This document shows, one piece after another, positions 25,527 to 35,545 of a DNA stretch of 64,000 nt (position 1 is the stretch's first letter; each line of letters opens with the position of its first letter). The notes under the pieces were generated by a model. The model saw only the letters and a list, made by a program, of their open reading frames with translations, was not told the origin of the DNA and did no database searches. Source of the stretch: Dehalococcoidia bacterium. GTDB lineage: Bacteria > Chloroflexota > Dehalococcoidia > Lucifugimonadales > UBA3495. The position numbers were made by a program, and so were the translations under genes. Where the stretch lies: NCBI GenBank assembly GCA_963665735.1, contig OY762444.1:1068231-1132230 (forward strand), written 5' to 3'.

Positions 25527-25893
25527 TTGAGGGCGCAGTAAACGCGGCCTACGAGGCCGTCATACCACTCACCGTACAGGGCCCGTCAGGGCAGAACAGA
25601 GAAATTGAAGCGGTTGTCGATACCGGCTATAACGGACGCCTGACACTGCCGACGGAGTTAGTCTTGGCGTTGGAATTGCCCCTCGTGACCATCAACACGG
25701 TGATTCTGGCTGATGGTAGCGAAGTTGCCCTAGAGGTACACAGGGCCTCGGTGCTATGGGACGGCTTCCCCCGCAGTGTCGATTTCATATCTCGGACTCC
25801 TCTCCCCTTGTGGGTATGCGCCTCCTGAGCGGCTATAACCTGAACGTCGACGTTCAGGACGGCGGGCGCGTTCTCATACAGACGAAGGCGTAG
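25523..25893 (+). pseudogene. Retropepsin-like (clan AA, DTG) aspartic protease with a frame break
   Basis: EAVVDTGYNGRLTLP contains the DTG motif. The family-typical C-terminus PLVGMRLLSGYNLNVDVQDGGRVLIQTKA-stop lies in another frame, entered near 25786-25792. The annotated ORF instead ends in the atypical tail RTPLPLWVCAS. Confidence 0.55.
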
Positions 25894-26652
25894 CGAGTTC
25901 CAAGGGGCCCCTCGCGAGGGATACTTCCAACCCGAGCAACCTCAAGGCAGAAAGGTAGTACACCTACGAGGCGTACTCCAAGGACGGGTGCAACAGCGCA
26001 GACGCAATAGCGGAAATCACGTTCAGCAACATGAGCGAGGCAAATTTCGGGGTAGCCACGGTGAGCAAATCGGGTGGCGACGGCCGTGAAGCTGCACAGG
26101 AGTTCACCATACGCTGAAACAGCGGCAGGTGCACCCTCTCGAGTGTCACAATCCAGACCATCGCGAAGATCGGAATGCCAACCCACTCCGTCGTGACGCT
26201 AAACGCATCCGGCAATACTCCCGGAGCCACTTACCACCCCTAGCGGAAGCAACCAAGACACCGAGCGAAGCTATTCCTGCTCCAGCTTGGACTGCAACCT
26301 GGCCTCAGACACCACGTACATCATCGTGATTAAGGTCAGCTGCTCCACCCGACCAAGGAACCGCTACTTGATCAACACGACGCAATTGGACAATAAGAAG
26401 CTTGTGCCATCCGATTATGGGTAGTCCATCCACAACGGGAGTTTCACGCTCCAGATATCAGTTGCCTCATCAGCCCCACCGCGGCGTACAAGGTAACGGT
26501 GGCCGCCGCGCCGAAGTAGTAGCAGACCACCGGAGGACGCGAGCCGAGTTGAGGTCCGACCCGATTAGCAGATTCTCTCTTGACATCAAGGGATGACCTA
26601 GTTAACCTTTGAGCCGCTCTCGCGCTAAGCCGTATCAACCAGAGGCTATTAC

Positions 26653-29154
26653 ATGGCAAACACCACAGTTAGCCCGACCACGCAGCTGTTTTACTCTTAT
26701 TGCCATAAAGATTCCTTCCACAGGGTGTCCATGGAGACATCTCTAGCTCTATTGAAGGAAAAGGGACACTTACATCAATGGTCTGATGCGGAAATACTCC
26801 CGGGACGGAGCATTTCATCAGAAATTAGGGAACAGATGGACCAAGCGGACATCATGGTCTTCCTCTTTAGCCCCGACTTCTTAAGCTCCGAAGAGTGCAT
26901 GAAGGAGTGGAGGTACGCCAAGCTGTTATCAGACAATGGGAAAAACCTGTTCCGAATCCCGATTATAGTGCGTCCTTGCGCTTGGAAAGATGTCCTACAG
27001 GGCGATGACGTGTTGGCCCTGCCAAACGATGGAAAACCGGTCTCGCAATTCGATGACTACGACGTAGCTTGGCAACAAGTTTACGAAGGTATCAAGAAAG
27101 TAGTAAACACACTAAGGATGACCTTTCGCCCAAAAGAAGAATCCTTAGAAGAGATCGACAGAACCGAATTCATGTCGCAGGAGCACTTGAAGCTGAAAGA
27201 TCTGTTTGTTTTCCTTAGATTGAACCGCGAGGACCCTCTGACCAACGAAAAACAACTACGAGACACCACCGTAACTAGAATAGAGGAACTTCTCGACAAC
27301 AAATATGTTGTCATTCATGGACCGGAGAAATCTGGGAAAACTGCACTCGCCAGGTATGTATACCTTTCTCTCATTGAAGCAACTGATCCAGTACTTCTGC
27401 TGGACCCGAGTCAAGGACGAGGACGATTGACCGAGGCTCTCATAAGGAGAACGTACGAAGCACAATTTCGTGGTGATTACTCATTATGGATTCAGCAGAG
27501 CAAGAAGACACTTATAGTAGACGGCCTAACCCCAGAGTCCCGGATTCCTGACTTCCTTGAAGCGTCGAAGGAAATTTTTGAGCGCATCATATTAACCACT
27601 TCTTCCGATATTTATTATGCCTTCTTTAGAGATGACGCTCGCTTTGCTGAATTCATACCTATGAAGATACAGCCCCTTTCACGAGTCCAACAAGAGGAGC
27701 TCATCAGGAAACGCTTGGCACTGTTGCAGACCAACACTCAAATCACAGACGGATTCGTTGATCAGGTGGAAAACAGAGTCAACTCGGTCATAATCTCAGA
27801 CAGACTGCTACCCAGGTTTCCATTCTATGTACTGTCGATCTTACAAACTTATGAAGCGTATATGCCAACTAGTCTTTCGGTGACCTCCTACGGACACTGC
27901 TACCAAGCATTGATTTTCGCCAGTCTCCTCCTCTCTGGAATCTCCGAGACAGACGACGACGTGAACGCCTGCTTCAACTTTTCTGAACAGTTGGCATTCG
28001 CAACCTACCAGCACCGCAATACTGCTCAGAACGAAACCTTTGACTTTTCGGCGTTCGTAGATGATTACAAAAGGCGATTTTTCATCCGAGAAGCCATCAT
28101 CAACCGGCTCAAGAGTAGACCATACGGCCTGATTGACGAGACGGGCAACTTCCGGACAAATTTCATGTATTACTACTTCTTGGGGAAGTTTCTCGCCGGA
28201 AACAGCAAGCTGGGACCTCCTGTAATCGAAGAAATGTGCATCAACAGCCACAGGGAGGCAAATTACCTAACGCTCCTGTTCGCTATCCATCACACCACAG
28301 ATAATTCTATCATTGAGGACTTATTGCTCCGCACAATGGACACTTTGGGGTCAATCTCTCCAGCTACTCTAGAACAAGACGAGACTCGAAGATTCGGAGA
28401 GGTGATAACGCAACTTCCAGAAGATGTTCTATCCAACAAAGGAGTACGACAGGCCAGAATTGAGGAGCGGCATCTCAGAGACACGATGGAGGAACAACGG
28501 GCAAACGCTCAGGAGAACGGAGAAGAAGAATCGCCAAATGGAGATGAATTCTTGGACAGCCCGGAGACACTGAATGGGATTTACAAGATACTGAAGAATA
28601 ACAAGATTATGGGGCAAGTACTCCGGAACCGGCACGGGAACCTAGACAAATCGACCATTGAGGAGATAATCCAAACGATAGCGGATAGTGGGCTACGGCT
28701 CGTGAACCTAGTGCTCGCAAACGAGCAAGATATAGCTCGATGGGCCTCCTACGTGAACCAAAGGCATAACGACTGGGACGCAGAAAAAATCAAGGAGGTG
28801 CTTCGGTTTCTGTCGTTCGTCTGGACAATGGTGAACATAGAACAGGTTGTGGAAGCATTCAACATCCCAGAAATCAGAGAAGCAATCGAGTCAGTAGTAA
28901 ACAAAAACGCGACGCCAGCGTACGACCTAATAGGATACTTCAGCCGACTCGACAGCGCCACCGAACTGACAAATCGAGAGCGAGACTGTCTCGAATCTCT
29001 CTTGAAAGAACACGACGACCTGTTCGTACAGAGAGTACTATCGATAAGAACTCAGTACTACATGAACACGCATCGTAGCAGGGCACCCATAGAACAAGCT
29101 ATCTGCTCCCTACTGGACATCAGATACAGACCTCGCCTGCTACCATCTCCTTAG
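26653..29154 (+). CDS. TIR domain fused to a P-loop NTPase (STAND-like), with a long helical C-terminal region
   Basis: 833-aa ORF. TIR signature LFYSYCHKDS...ADIMVFLFSPDFLSSEECMKEW. Walker A HGPEKSGKT, and a possible Walker B TLIVDGL. The gene is markedly more A/T-rich than its surroundings. Confidence 0.85.
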   Translation: MANTTVSPTTQLFYSYCHKDSFHRVSMETSLALLKEKGHLHQWSDAEILPGRSISSEIREQMDQADIMVFLFSPDFLSSEECMKEWRYAKLLSDNGKNLFRIPIIVRPCAWKDVLQGDDVLALPNDGKPVSQFDDYDVAWQQVYEGIKKVVNTLRMTFRPKEESLEEIDRTEFMSQEHLKLKDLFVFLRLNREDPLTNEKQLRDTTVTRIEELLDNKYVVIHGPEKSGKTALARYVYLSLIEATDPVLLLDPSQGRGRLTEALIRRTYEAQFRGDYSLWIQQSKKTLIVDGLTPESRIPDFLEASKEIFERIILTTSSDIYYAFFRDDARFAEFIPMKIQPLSRVQQEELIRKRLALLQTNTQITDGFVDQVENRVNSVIISDRLLPRFPFYVLSILQTYEAYMPTSLSVTSYGHCYQALIFASLLLSGISETDDDVNACFNFSEQLAFATYQHRNTAQNETFDFSAFVDDYKRRFFIREAIINRLKSRPYGLIDETGNFRTNFMYYYFLGKFLAGNSKLGPPVIEEMCINSHREANYLTLLFAIHHTTDNSIIEDLLLRTMDTLGSISPATLEQDETRRFGEVITQLPEDVLSNKGVRQARIEERHLRDTMEEQRANAQENGEEESPNGDEFLDSPETLNGIYKILKNNKIMGQVLRNRHGNLDKSTIEEIIQTIADSGLRLVNLVLANEQDIARWASYVNQRHNDWDAEKIKEVLRFLSFVWTMVNIEQVVEAFNIPEIREAIESVVNKNATPAYDLIGYFSRLDSATELTNRERDCLESLLKEHDDLFVQRVLSIRTQYYMNTHRSRAPIEQAICSLLDIRYRPRLLPSP

Positions 29155-29738
29155 CCAAATTGACAGGTCGTAGGTGGCCTCGCCAAGACAGTTCAGAATA
29201 GACGGCCAACTCACGCGGTTGGTAAGACAACAGGCGGCATGATGCCTCTCTCTTGGCGCGCAGGGCTGTTGTTGGGGAATCCATCCCCAATTGCAACGTG
29301 CTTTTCAGTTCTCCTCTGAACCCGCGATGGGTATACTGCTATCTTAGAGCCAGTGCTGTGGAGATCGGACTTGATACGGACAATATCAAGGATAGGGAGC
29401 TATGAGAAAACTATACCGGACTCTGGGAAACGACATCTAGCGAAATCCGCAATCTACGGACCCAGTACGCCTCACCAAGACACAGCAAAACTGCCACAGT
29501 CCGCAGTCAGCCTTGACCAATATCCTGCCACTGCAACATAAGTCATGGCAGTAATCAGTACAATCTTGTGAGACTTTAGCACTACTATGCAACACGTCGC
29601 ACGATGAACGTAATTCACCAAACACGGCGATGTTGGAGCCATACGAGCCGAGGTTTTTGATTTCGTAATCGTCTCAAGTTGTCAACATTCCCAACCAAGC
29701 GAAAACCGAGCCGCACAACCTCTGACCACCAGCCCAGA

Positions 29739-29798
29739 TTGGAAAGACCATCACTCTTGGCCGCGCGAGCCGTCTGTCAAGAGTGATGGTCTTTCCAA
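29739..29798. repeat. Perfect 21-bp inverted repeat (large hairpin)
   Basis: TTGGAAAGACCATCACTCTTG (29739-59) pairs with CAAGAGTGATGGTCTTTCCAA (29778-98) around an 18-nt GC-rich loop. No U-tract follows. Confidence 0.7.
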
Positions 29799-30037
29799 GT
29801 TCAACCAGGGAAGACACTTCCCGTTAGCGGAAACTCCGTCAAACAGCAGGCTAGCAACCAACAATGATCAAGAAGTACTACGCGGACAGTACGGGGTCGA
29901 TAGCGCGCATGGATGCCGGCATGGACTATACGACGGTGGAAACAGAGCCAAGGCGAGGAAGAGAAAAACCAGACGGTTGAGGTGTGATGGGGCCGACTTC
30001 CGTCAAAACACCCCACGAAGAAAGAGAGGAAAATGAA

Positions 30038-30631
30038 ATGCCCCAGTCCACCGCCTCGCGCTTGGCCGCCGGGATAAGGAAATCCAGGAACGATGAGACC
30101 CGGCGGATGCTGGTGGAACAGGCGATGACCGAAGCCGAATCCACCGCCGAATACGAAGGCCGGCGCCTGATGGCCTTCCGGGACAACTCCGCCCTTGAAG
30201 TTCACCGGGACGGTTTCATCCAGGCCATAGCCCCCTACACCGGGGACTCGAGGCGGGTGGCAGTGAAGATCAACCACGCGAACACGCTGCCCCCGCCGGA
30301 ACCCTACTGTGCCAGCCCCACCTTCGACGTTCCCGAGTGCCGGAAAACGGGGGAACTGGTCCGCTGCGTCGGCTGCGGGAAGATAATGTGCTCCGACCAC
30401 GCCCAGCGGCACCACTGCCCCGGCCAGTACCGCCCGGTGGAAGGATGCCCTGAAGAGAATCCCGATTGGACCGGCGAGCGGATTACCGACCGGGTCCAGT
30501 TCACTCCCCACCCGGACTTCGGGGGTATGTACCTGGTGGAGGGCAGGGACGAGAACACGGCCGCCACCGGCAGCAGGGAGGAGATGATCCGTCTGGCCCG
30601 ACTGATCCTCACGCGCTTGGACCCGGAATGA
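30038..30631 (+). CDS. Hypothetical protein with a Cys/His cluster
   Basis: Internal ATG at 30038. Cluster CRKTGELVRCVGCGKIMCSDHAQRHHC. Confidence 0.55.
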   Translation: MPQSTASRLAAGIRKSRNDETRRMLVEQAMTEAESTAEYEGRRLMAFRDNSALEVHRDGFIQAIAPYTGDSRRVAVKINHANTLPPPEPYCASPTFDVPECRKTGELVRCVGCGKIMCSDHAQRHHCPGQYRPVEGCPEENPDWTGERITDRVQFTPHPDFGGMYLVEGRDENTAATGSREEMIRLARLILTRLDPE

Positions 30632-30660
30632 CAACCGACGGCCCGGATTCCGGCCAAAAA

Positions 30661-31626
30661 CTACCCCGCCCGGCGGGCCAGCAGCAGGTTGCTGAGAGTA
30701 ACAAGCCCCAACCCGGCCAGCAGTAGCTCCCAGTGGGCCACCCCCGCGCCCCCGGGAACCAGGGCCAGCCACAGGACGCTCAGCCCCGGGGACAGGTAGA
30801 GCAGGGCATTCACCGTGGAGCCGGAGCCCGACAGGTTAGCCCGCACCCAGGCCAGGTTGGCCAGGAAGACCAACAACCCGCCGGAGACGTACCAGCCCGA
30901 CAGATGCAGCGAGGGCCACTCTCCTGAAAAGAAGGCCAGGTTCCCGATGACCAGGCTGGAACCCAGTTCTCCCCCGGCCATGGCCAGGACGCCGAAGGAC
31001 AAATCATCGACCCCGCCGCCCAGCCTGCGCCCCAGGGTCCACCAGCAGGGCTGGAACATACACAACCCCACCGACAGGAAGGCCAGGGCCACGCCGGACA
31101 AACGGGCCGAGGAGACCATCGCCTCCGGAGAGAACCCCGGCGAGAGGGCCGACAACGCCGCGCCGGCGAACCCCAAAGCCAGGCAGAAAGCCATGCCCCG
31201 GCCCAACCGCCGGGACGGCCCAGTCTCTCGGGAACGCAGGAAGGAGTCGCTGCAGACGATCAGCCCCGGAGACGTCCAGAAGATGACCGTCACCGCCGCG
31301 CCGTCCAGGTAGGACAGGGCCCAGACGAAGAACAGGATGTCGCAGAATCCCAGGACCGCCCCCACCAGCAACAGGAAGCAAGCCGGTTCCCGGAAGACCC
31401 GTCCGAACCGCCGCCAGGTGGACGGGTCCAGGAAAAACTTGCGCCGGGCCGAGAGGAAGTAAACCGCCAGTCCCAGGCACACCCCCACCCGGAAAACGGC
31501 CACCTGGGACAGGACGTTGCCGCCGCCGTCCGGCAGGAACATCACCGGGAGCAGGGAGTAGATGAAGACGGCCAGCAGCATCCAGGGCAGGGCCGGGCTA
31601 CGGGCAATAAACGGGAGGAGACTCAC
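30661..31626 (-). CDS. Polytopic membrane protein, possibly a DMT/EamA-like transporter
   Basis: 321-aa ORF that is hydrophobic throughout, with about 10 predicted helices. One of only two convincing minus-strand genes. Confidence 0.65.
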   Translation of the reverse strand: MSLLPFIARSPALPWMLLAVFIYSLLPVMFLPDGGGNVLSQVAVFRVGVCLGLAVYFLSARRKFFLDPSTWRRFGRVFREPACFLLLVGAVLGFCDILFFVWALSYLDGAAVTVIFWTSPGLIVCSDSFLRSRETGPSRRLGRGMAFCLALGFAGAALSALSPGFSPEAMVSSARLSGVALAFLSVGLCMFQPCWWTLGRRLGGGVDDLSFGVLAMAGGELGSSLVIGNLAFFSGEWPSLHLSGWYVSGGLLVFLANLAWVRANLSGSGSTVNALLYLSPGLSVLWLALVPGGAGVAHWELLLAGLGLVTLSNLLLARRAG

Positions 31627-31686
31627 GGGATATGATTGTAGTGGCCGCCCAACCCCGGGCAGTTTTCAACGACAGGGGGAAGAAAA

Positions 31687-33069
31687 ATGACGGAGAACTA
31701 CACCTACCGGGAGACGCAGGAGGACGCTCACGAAGGTTACCTGGACCTGGGCCTTCACAACCACCCGGTGAACTTTCCCGTAGACCAGGGGAACGACGTC
31801 ATCCTGGAGGCCTACCAGGAAGAACGGGACGCGGGAACCAAATACCGGGACAATCCCGAGGGACACCGGATGCTGGCCGAGCAGTACGCCAAGGACATCG
31901 CCGCCCCCTACTTCAAGGAACTCCAGGACCACACCCTGGCCCTGGCGCGGCACGCCGAGGAGGGAAGGGCCCAGAGGGCAGCTTTCGAGGAACACGCCCA
32001 GCCGGTCATGGAGAAGTACGGCCTTGAACCCCGGCCCGAACCCACCCTGGAGGAACTGGCCCAACGGGACGACGCCGAGGGACGGGTGGCCCGGTACGCG
32101 CTGGTGGGAACCCGTGACTGGACCCGGGAAATCCGGGACTACCTGGCAGCCTGCGGCCGCATCCAGGAAACCGGCCAGCGCGAGGTAGCCCAGGGATTAT
32201 TGCAGGAAGACGAACGGCGCATCGCCGAGGGGCGCGGCATCATGCGGGGCGCCGCCATGTCCTCCCGGGAGATGGAACGCGAGGACTGGCCCTCGGCCCT
32301 GGAAACGATGGCCCGGAGCGAGCGGGAGGCCCGGGAGTCCGATTCCATCCAGGAGAGGGCCTTCCACTACACCAACATGGTGCGCGCCGCCGGCTGGCAG
32401 ATGAGATACAACTCCGACCACGAACACGACGACGAGCGGCGGGACCACGTGCTGGCCGGGATAATGCAGCAGGAGAACCATCGCCAGCAGCAGCTGAACT
32501 ACGAAGCCCTGATCCGCCACACCGGGAACCTGGACGCCTGGAGTCACCCCCTGTACCCGGCCATGAACCGGCTGGACAACACTCAATACACCCAGAGGGC
32601 CCTGGACGTTCTGCACCTGGACAGCGAGGGTCACGCCTACCGGCTACGCAAGGTCATGGAGTCCCAGCAACTCCTGAACGAGAGCTTCCGCAACCTGGCC
32701 CGGACCTGCGAAGACGAGAAGCCGGAAATCGTGACCTACGCCGGAGAGAAGCTCTACTCCGCCCACGAGATCGAGGAGGACATCGAGGCGGCCCGGGACC
32801 GGATCCGCCAAATCGAGAACGAGGAGACGCAGCACGACTTTCAACGCACCGCCAACGAATTGGAGGCGGCGGTGTTGGCGGAAGCGGCCATCATGTACGA
32901 AGCGCACCTGGAGCGCCGGGGGTCCTCCCACAGCTATTTCTACCTGGAGCAGGCCCGGCGGCTGGAACATCTCACCAGGGAGGGAAAAATCCGGTCGGTC
33001 TGCGAGAACACCGACCGGGAGATCTTCCGGCGGGAACAGGAATCGACGCACCGGATAATAAGAGAGTAA
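31687..33069 (+). CDS. Hypothetical protein, paralogue B1
   Basis: 460 aa. The N-terminus MTENYTYRETQEDAHEGYLDLGLHNHPVNFPVDQGNDVILEAYQEERD aligns with 33121-34431. Confidence 0.75.
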   Translation: MTENYTYRETQEDAHEGYLDLGLHNHPVNFPVDQGNDVILEAYQEERDAGTKYRDNPEGHRMLAEQYAKDIAAPYFKELQDHTLALARHAEEGRAQRAAFEEHAQPVMEKYGLEPRPEPTLEELAQRDDAEGRVARYALVGTRDWTREIRDYLAACGRIQETGQREVAQGLLQEDERRIAEGRGIMRGAAMSSREMEREDWPSALETMARSEREARESDSIQERAFHYTNMVRAAGWQMRYNSDHEHDDERRDHVLAGIMQQENHRQQQLNYEALIRHTGNLDAWSHPLYPAMNRLDNTQYTQRALDVLHLDSEGHAYRLRKVMESQQLLNESFRNLARTCEDEKPEIVTYAGEKLYSAHEIEEDIEAARDRIRQIENEETQHDFQRTANELEAAVLAEAAIMYEAHLERRGSSHSYFYLEQARRLEHLTREGKIRSVCENTDREIFRREQESTHRIIRE

Positions 33070-33120
33070 CGGACGCCGGGATCCCCGCCCGGCATCCGGG
33101 AACAACAACAGGGGGAGAAA

Positions 33121-34431
33121 ATGTCCGAACACTACACCTACCGGGAGGAGATCCGGGACTCCCGGGATGAGTACTTTGAACTGGGACTGGGCGAACATCC
33201 CATTGACGCTCCCGTGGACCAGGGCAACGACGTGATCCTGGCCTTCTACCACGAGGAACGGGACGATGAAACCCGGTACCCCGACGACCCCCGGAAGAAC
33301 TCATGGCTGGCGGTTCACCACACCCGGACGGTAGCCCTTCCCTACCTGCTGGAACTCCAGGAACACGAGAAGGGGGCCCACCCCGAGTGGGAACTGGAAC
33401 ACGAGGACTCCCCGGAGGACGACGGCTGGTTCGTGCGGGATGACGTTGCGGAGAGAGCCGCCCGGTACGCCGAGCGGAATCCCGGCGACTGGGCCGAGGA
33501 CATGAAAAGCCATCTCTGGAACTGCGGAAGGGCGATGATCGTGGCCGAGCAGGACGTGCTCCGGGGAATCCTGGAGGATGACGAAACCCGCATTGAGCAG
33601 GGCCGGGAACTACTATCCCAAGCTGCCCTGCTCTGTCACCGGGTGGAAAAGACCGACGACCACTTCGACCGCATGAACGAGTACCGGTCCGCCGCCCAGG
33701 ACAAAGACGACCCCGGCGAGAAGACCCGTCTGTATCTTCAATCAATAGAACACGCCCGGGAATTTTACCGGAGCGGCGATGCCCGGATCGACCTGGGCCG
33801 GATCCAGGCAGTAACCCACGACATGGTGAACGAAGAATCCCTCCGGAACTACGGCCGGTACGGGCAGGCATTGAGGGGCAAAGATGATCAAGAAAACGGA
33901 CTCCACGAACTATTCCGGGTAGCGTCGGAGTTGTGTGAAGCCGGACCGGAATGGAACGGAGGAAGGGAATACAGCTTCCTGGCGGAAGCGGCCCGGAGCC
34001 TGGAGTCCGGCGACGAGGAACGGGCGATCCAAGCCTTCAGCCAGGAGATGGAACTGCACCGCACCCTTCGCGTCCTGGCTGAAAACCATCCCACGGAAAC
34101 CACGGAACAACTCTGGGACGAGTGCCTGGAACAGGGCATCAGCCACGAACAGGTCATCCGGGACGCCGCCGCGGTGGAACAAAGGCTTGCCGGCGATGAA
34201 CTGGAATACCGGGCCCGGTTCGAACCCGCCGCCAGACTGGAGAGATTCATCCTGGAACAGGCCCGGACGTTCTACAAAATCCACCTGGATAACTGGAACC
34301 AAAGCCGGCATTACCGGGAGCGAACCGACCGGAGAATACGGCTGAGAGAAGCCAAAACATTTGAATACCTGGCCGACCCGGAGAGGATAGAACAAGCCAA
34401 CCGGATGGCCCGGCTGGAATTACAACCGTGA
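33121..34431 (+). CDS. Hypothetical protein, paralogue B2
   Basis: 436 aa. N-terminus MSEHYTYREEIRDSRDEYFELGLGEHPIDAPVDQGNDVILAFYHEERD. Confidence 0.75.
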   Translation: MSEHYTYREEIRDSRDEYFELGLGEHPIDAPVDQGNDVILAFYHEERDDETRYPDDPRKNSWLAVHHTRTVALPYLLELQEHEKGAHPEWELEHEDSPEDDGWFVRDDVAERAARYAERNPGDWAEDMKSHLWNCGRAMIVAEQDVLRGILEDDETRIEQGRELLSQAALLCHRVEKTDDHFDRMNEYRSAAQDKDDPGEKTRLYLQSIEHAREFYRSGDARIDLGRIQAVTHDMVNEESLRNYGRYGQALRGKDDQENGLHELFRVASELCEAGPEWNGGREYSFLAEAARSLESGDEERAIQAFSQEMELHRTLRVLAENHPTETTEQLWDECLEQGISHEQVIRDAAAVEQRLAGDELEYRARFEPAARLERFILEQARTFYKIHLDNWNQSRHYRERTDRRIRLREAKTFEYLADPERIEQANRMARLELQP

Positions 34432-34739
34432 AGATAACCCTGGCCGAGATGTGGATGGGGGCGGCCATCGCCGCCATCTTTTTCACACTATACAACCTGG
34501 GAGAGGTCTTCCTCGGCCTGGCGGTCAGGGACATGGCAACCGGTGATGCCGGCCTGCACGTGATCATCGCCATGGGCATGGCGCTGATGGCCCGGGGCTG
34601 TTACGCAATGTACCGGCGGGAGAAGAACCGGGAGATCCACGGCGGCTACTGCATCCACTGTGGGACCAGTGTGCCTGACGAGTGGAGTCGTGGGGTGAGA
34701 AAATCCTGCCCTGGGTGCGGGAAGACGTGGCAGGAATAG
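34428..34739 (+). CDS. Small membrane protein with a C-terminal zinc ribbon
   Basis: The GTG start overlaps the upstream stop (GTGA). Two hydrophobic helices, then CIHCG...CPGCG. Confidence 0.55.
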   Translation: MKITLAEMWMGAAIAAIFFTLYNLGEVFLGLAVRDMATGDAGLHVIIAMGMALMARGCYAMYRREKNREIHGGYCIHCGTSVPDEWSRGVRKSCPGCGKTWQE

Positions 34740-34780
34740 TTCTTTCCCGGTTTGACGCCCCCAGACCACACCCAGCAAGA

Positions 34781-35191
34781 ATGGAGAGAAAAGAGAACGT
34801 GACCGAAACTTCGGAAATTCCCACCCTGCTGGCCCGCCAGTTCCCCGAACTGTTCCGGGTCTCAACCCTCCCCTCCGGCGTCATAAGGCTCAGGACCCCT
34901 CTCACCCATACCGACGGGACGGTGGTGGACGTATTCGTAACCTCCAACCCTCCGGGGTTCCGCGTCTCCGACCTGGGAGACACCCAAGGGCTCCTGGAAA
35001 CTCGCGGCAGCCAACTCTCACCGGAAGCCCTTGAGTTCCTCCGGGCGACCTACGAAGACCTGGAGATACTCCCGGCAGGAGGAACCATTCACAAGTACCT
35101 GGCCCGGCCCGCCGAACTGGCGGAATCCGCGCTCCGGGTGGCCCAGGCGGCGGCGCAGCTCACCGTCATGGCGGAATTCAACCGGCGGTAG
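34781..35191 (+). CDS. Hypothetical protein
   Basis: Internal ATG chosen. 136 aa. Confidence 0.5.
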   Translation: MERKENVTETSEIPTLLARQFPELFRVSTLPSGVIRLRTPLTHTDGTVVDVFVTSNPPGFRVSDLGDTQGLLETRGSQLSPEALEFLRATYEDLEILPAGGTIHKYLARPAELAESALRVAQAAAQLTVMAEFNRR

Positions 35192-35401
35192 ATGCTGTAC
35201 GTCGACGACAGCCGGTGGCCCCTGGGACGGATGCGAATGTCCCACCTGGTAGCCGACACCCCGGAGGAACTGCGGCAGGCAGCCGGGCGACTGGGAATTG
35301 ACCCCCGGCACGTCCAGTACCCGGGGACGTGGAAGGAACACCTGGACGTGAGCCGGAGCAAGCGGCGGCAGGCCATCGACCAACTGGGGCCCGGGAGATA
35401 A
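35192..35401 (+). CDS. DUF4031-like small protein
   Basis: MLYVDD...MSHLVADTPEELRQAAGRLGI...HLDVSRSKRRQAI matches my recollection of the DUF4031 pattern. The ATG directly abuts the upstream TAG. Confidence 0.6.
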   Translation: MLYVDDSRWPLGRMRMSHLVADTPEELRQAAGRLGIDPRHVQYPGTWKEHLDVSRSKRRQAIDQLGPGR

Positions 35402-35545
35402 CCGGGAGGGAGTTGGTACTGACGCTGCGGGAGAGAAGAAACGGCCCCGGGTAGGTTATTCTTCCCCCCACCCCGGCGGCGGCTTTTTGGGCGCCCGGTG
35501 TCGCCCGCCGCCGGGGAGACAAGAAGAAAGGGGGAGAGACCGGCC

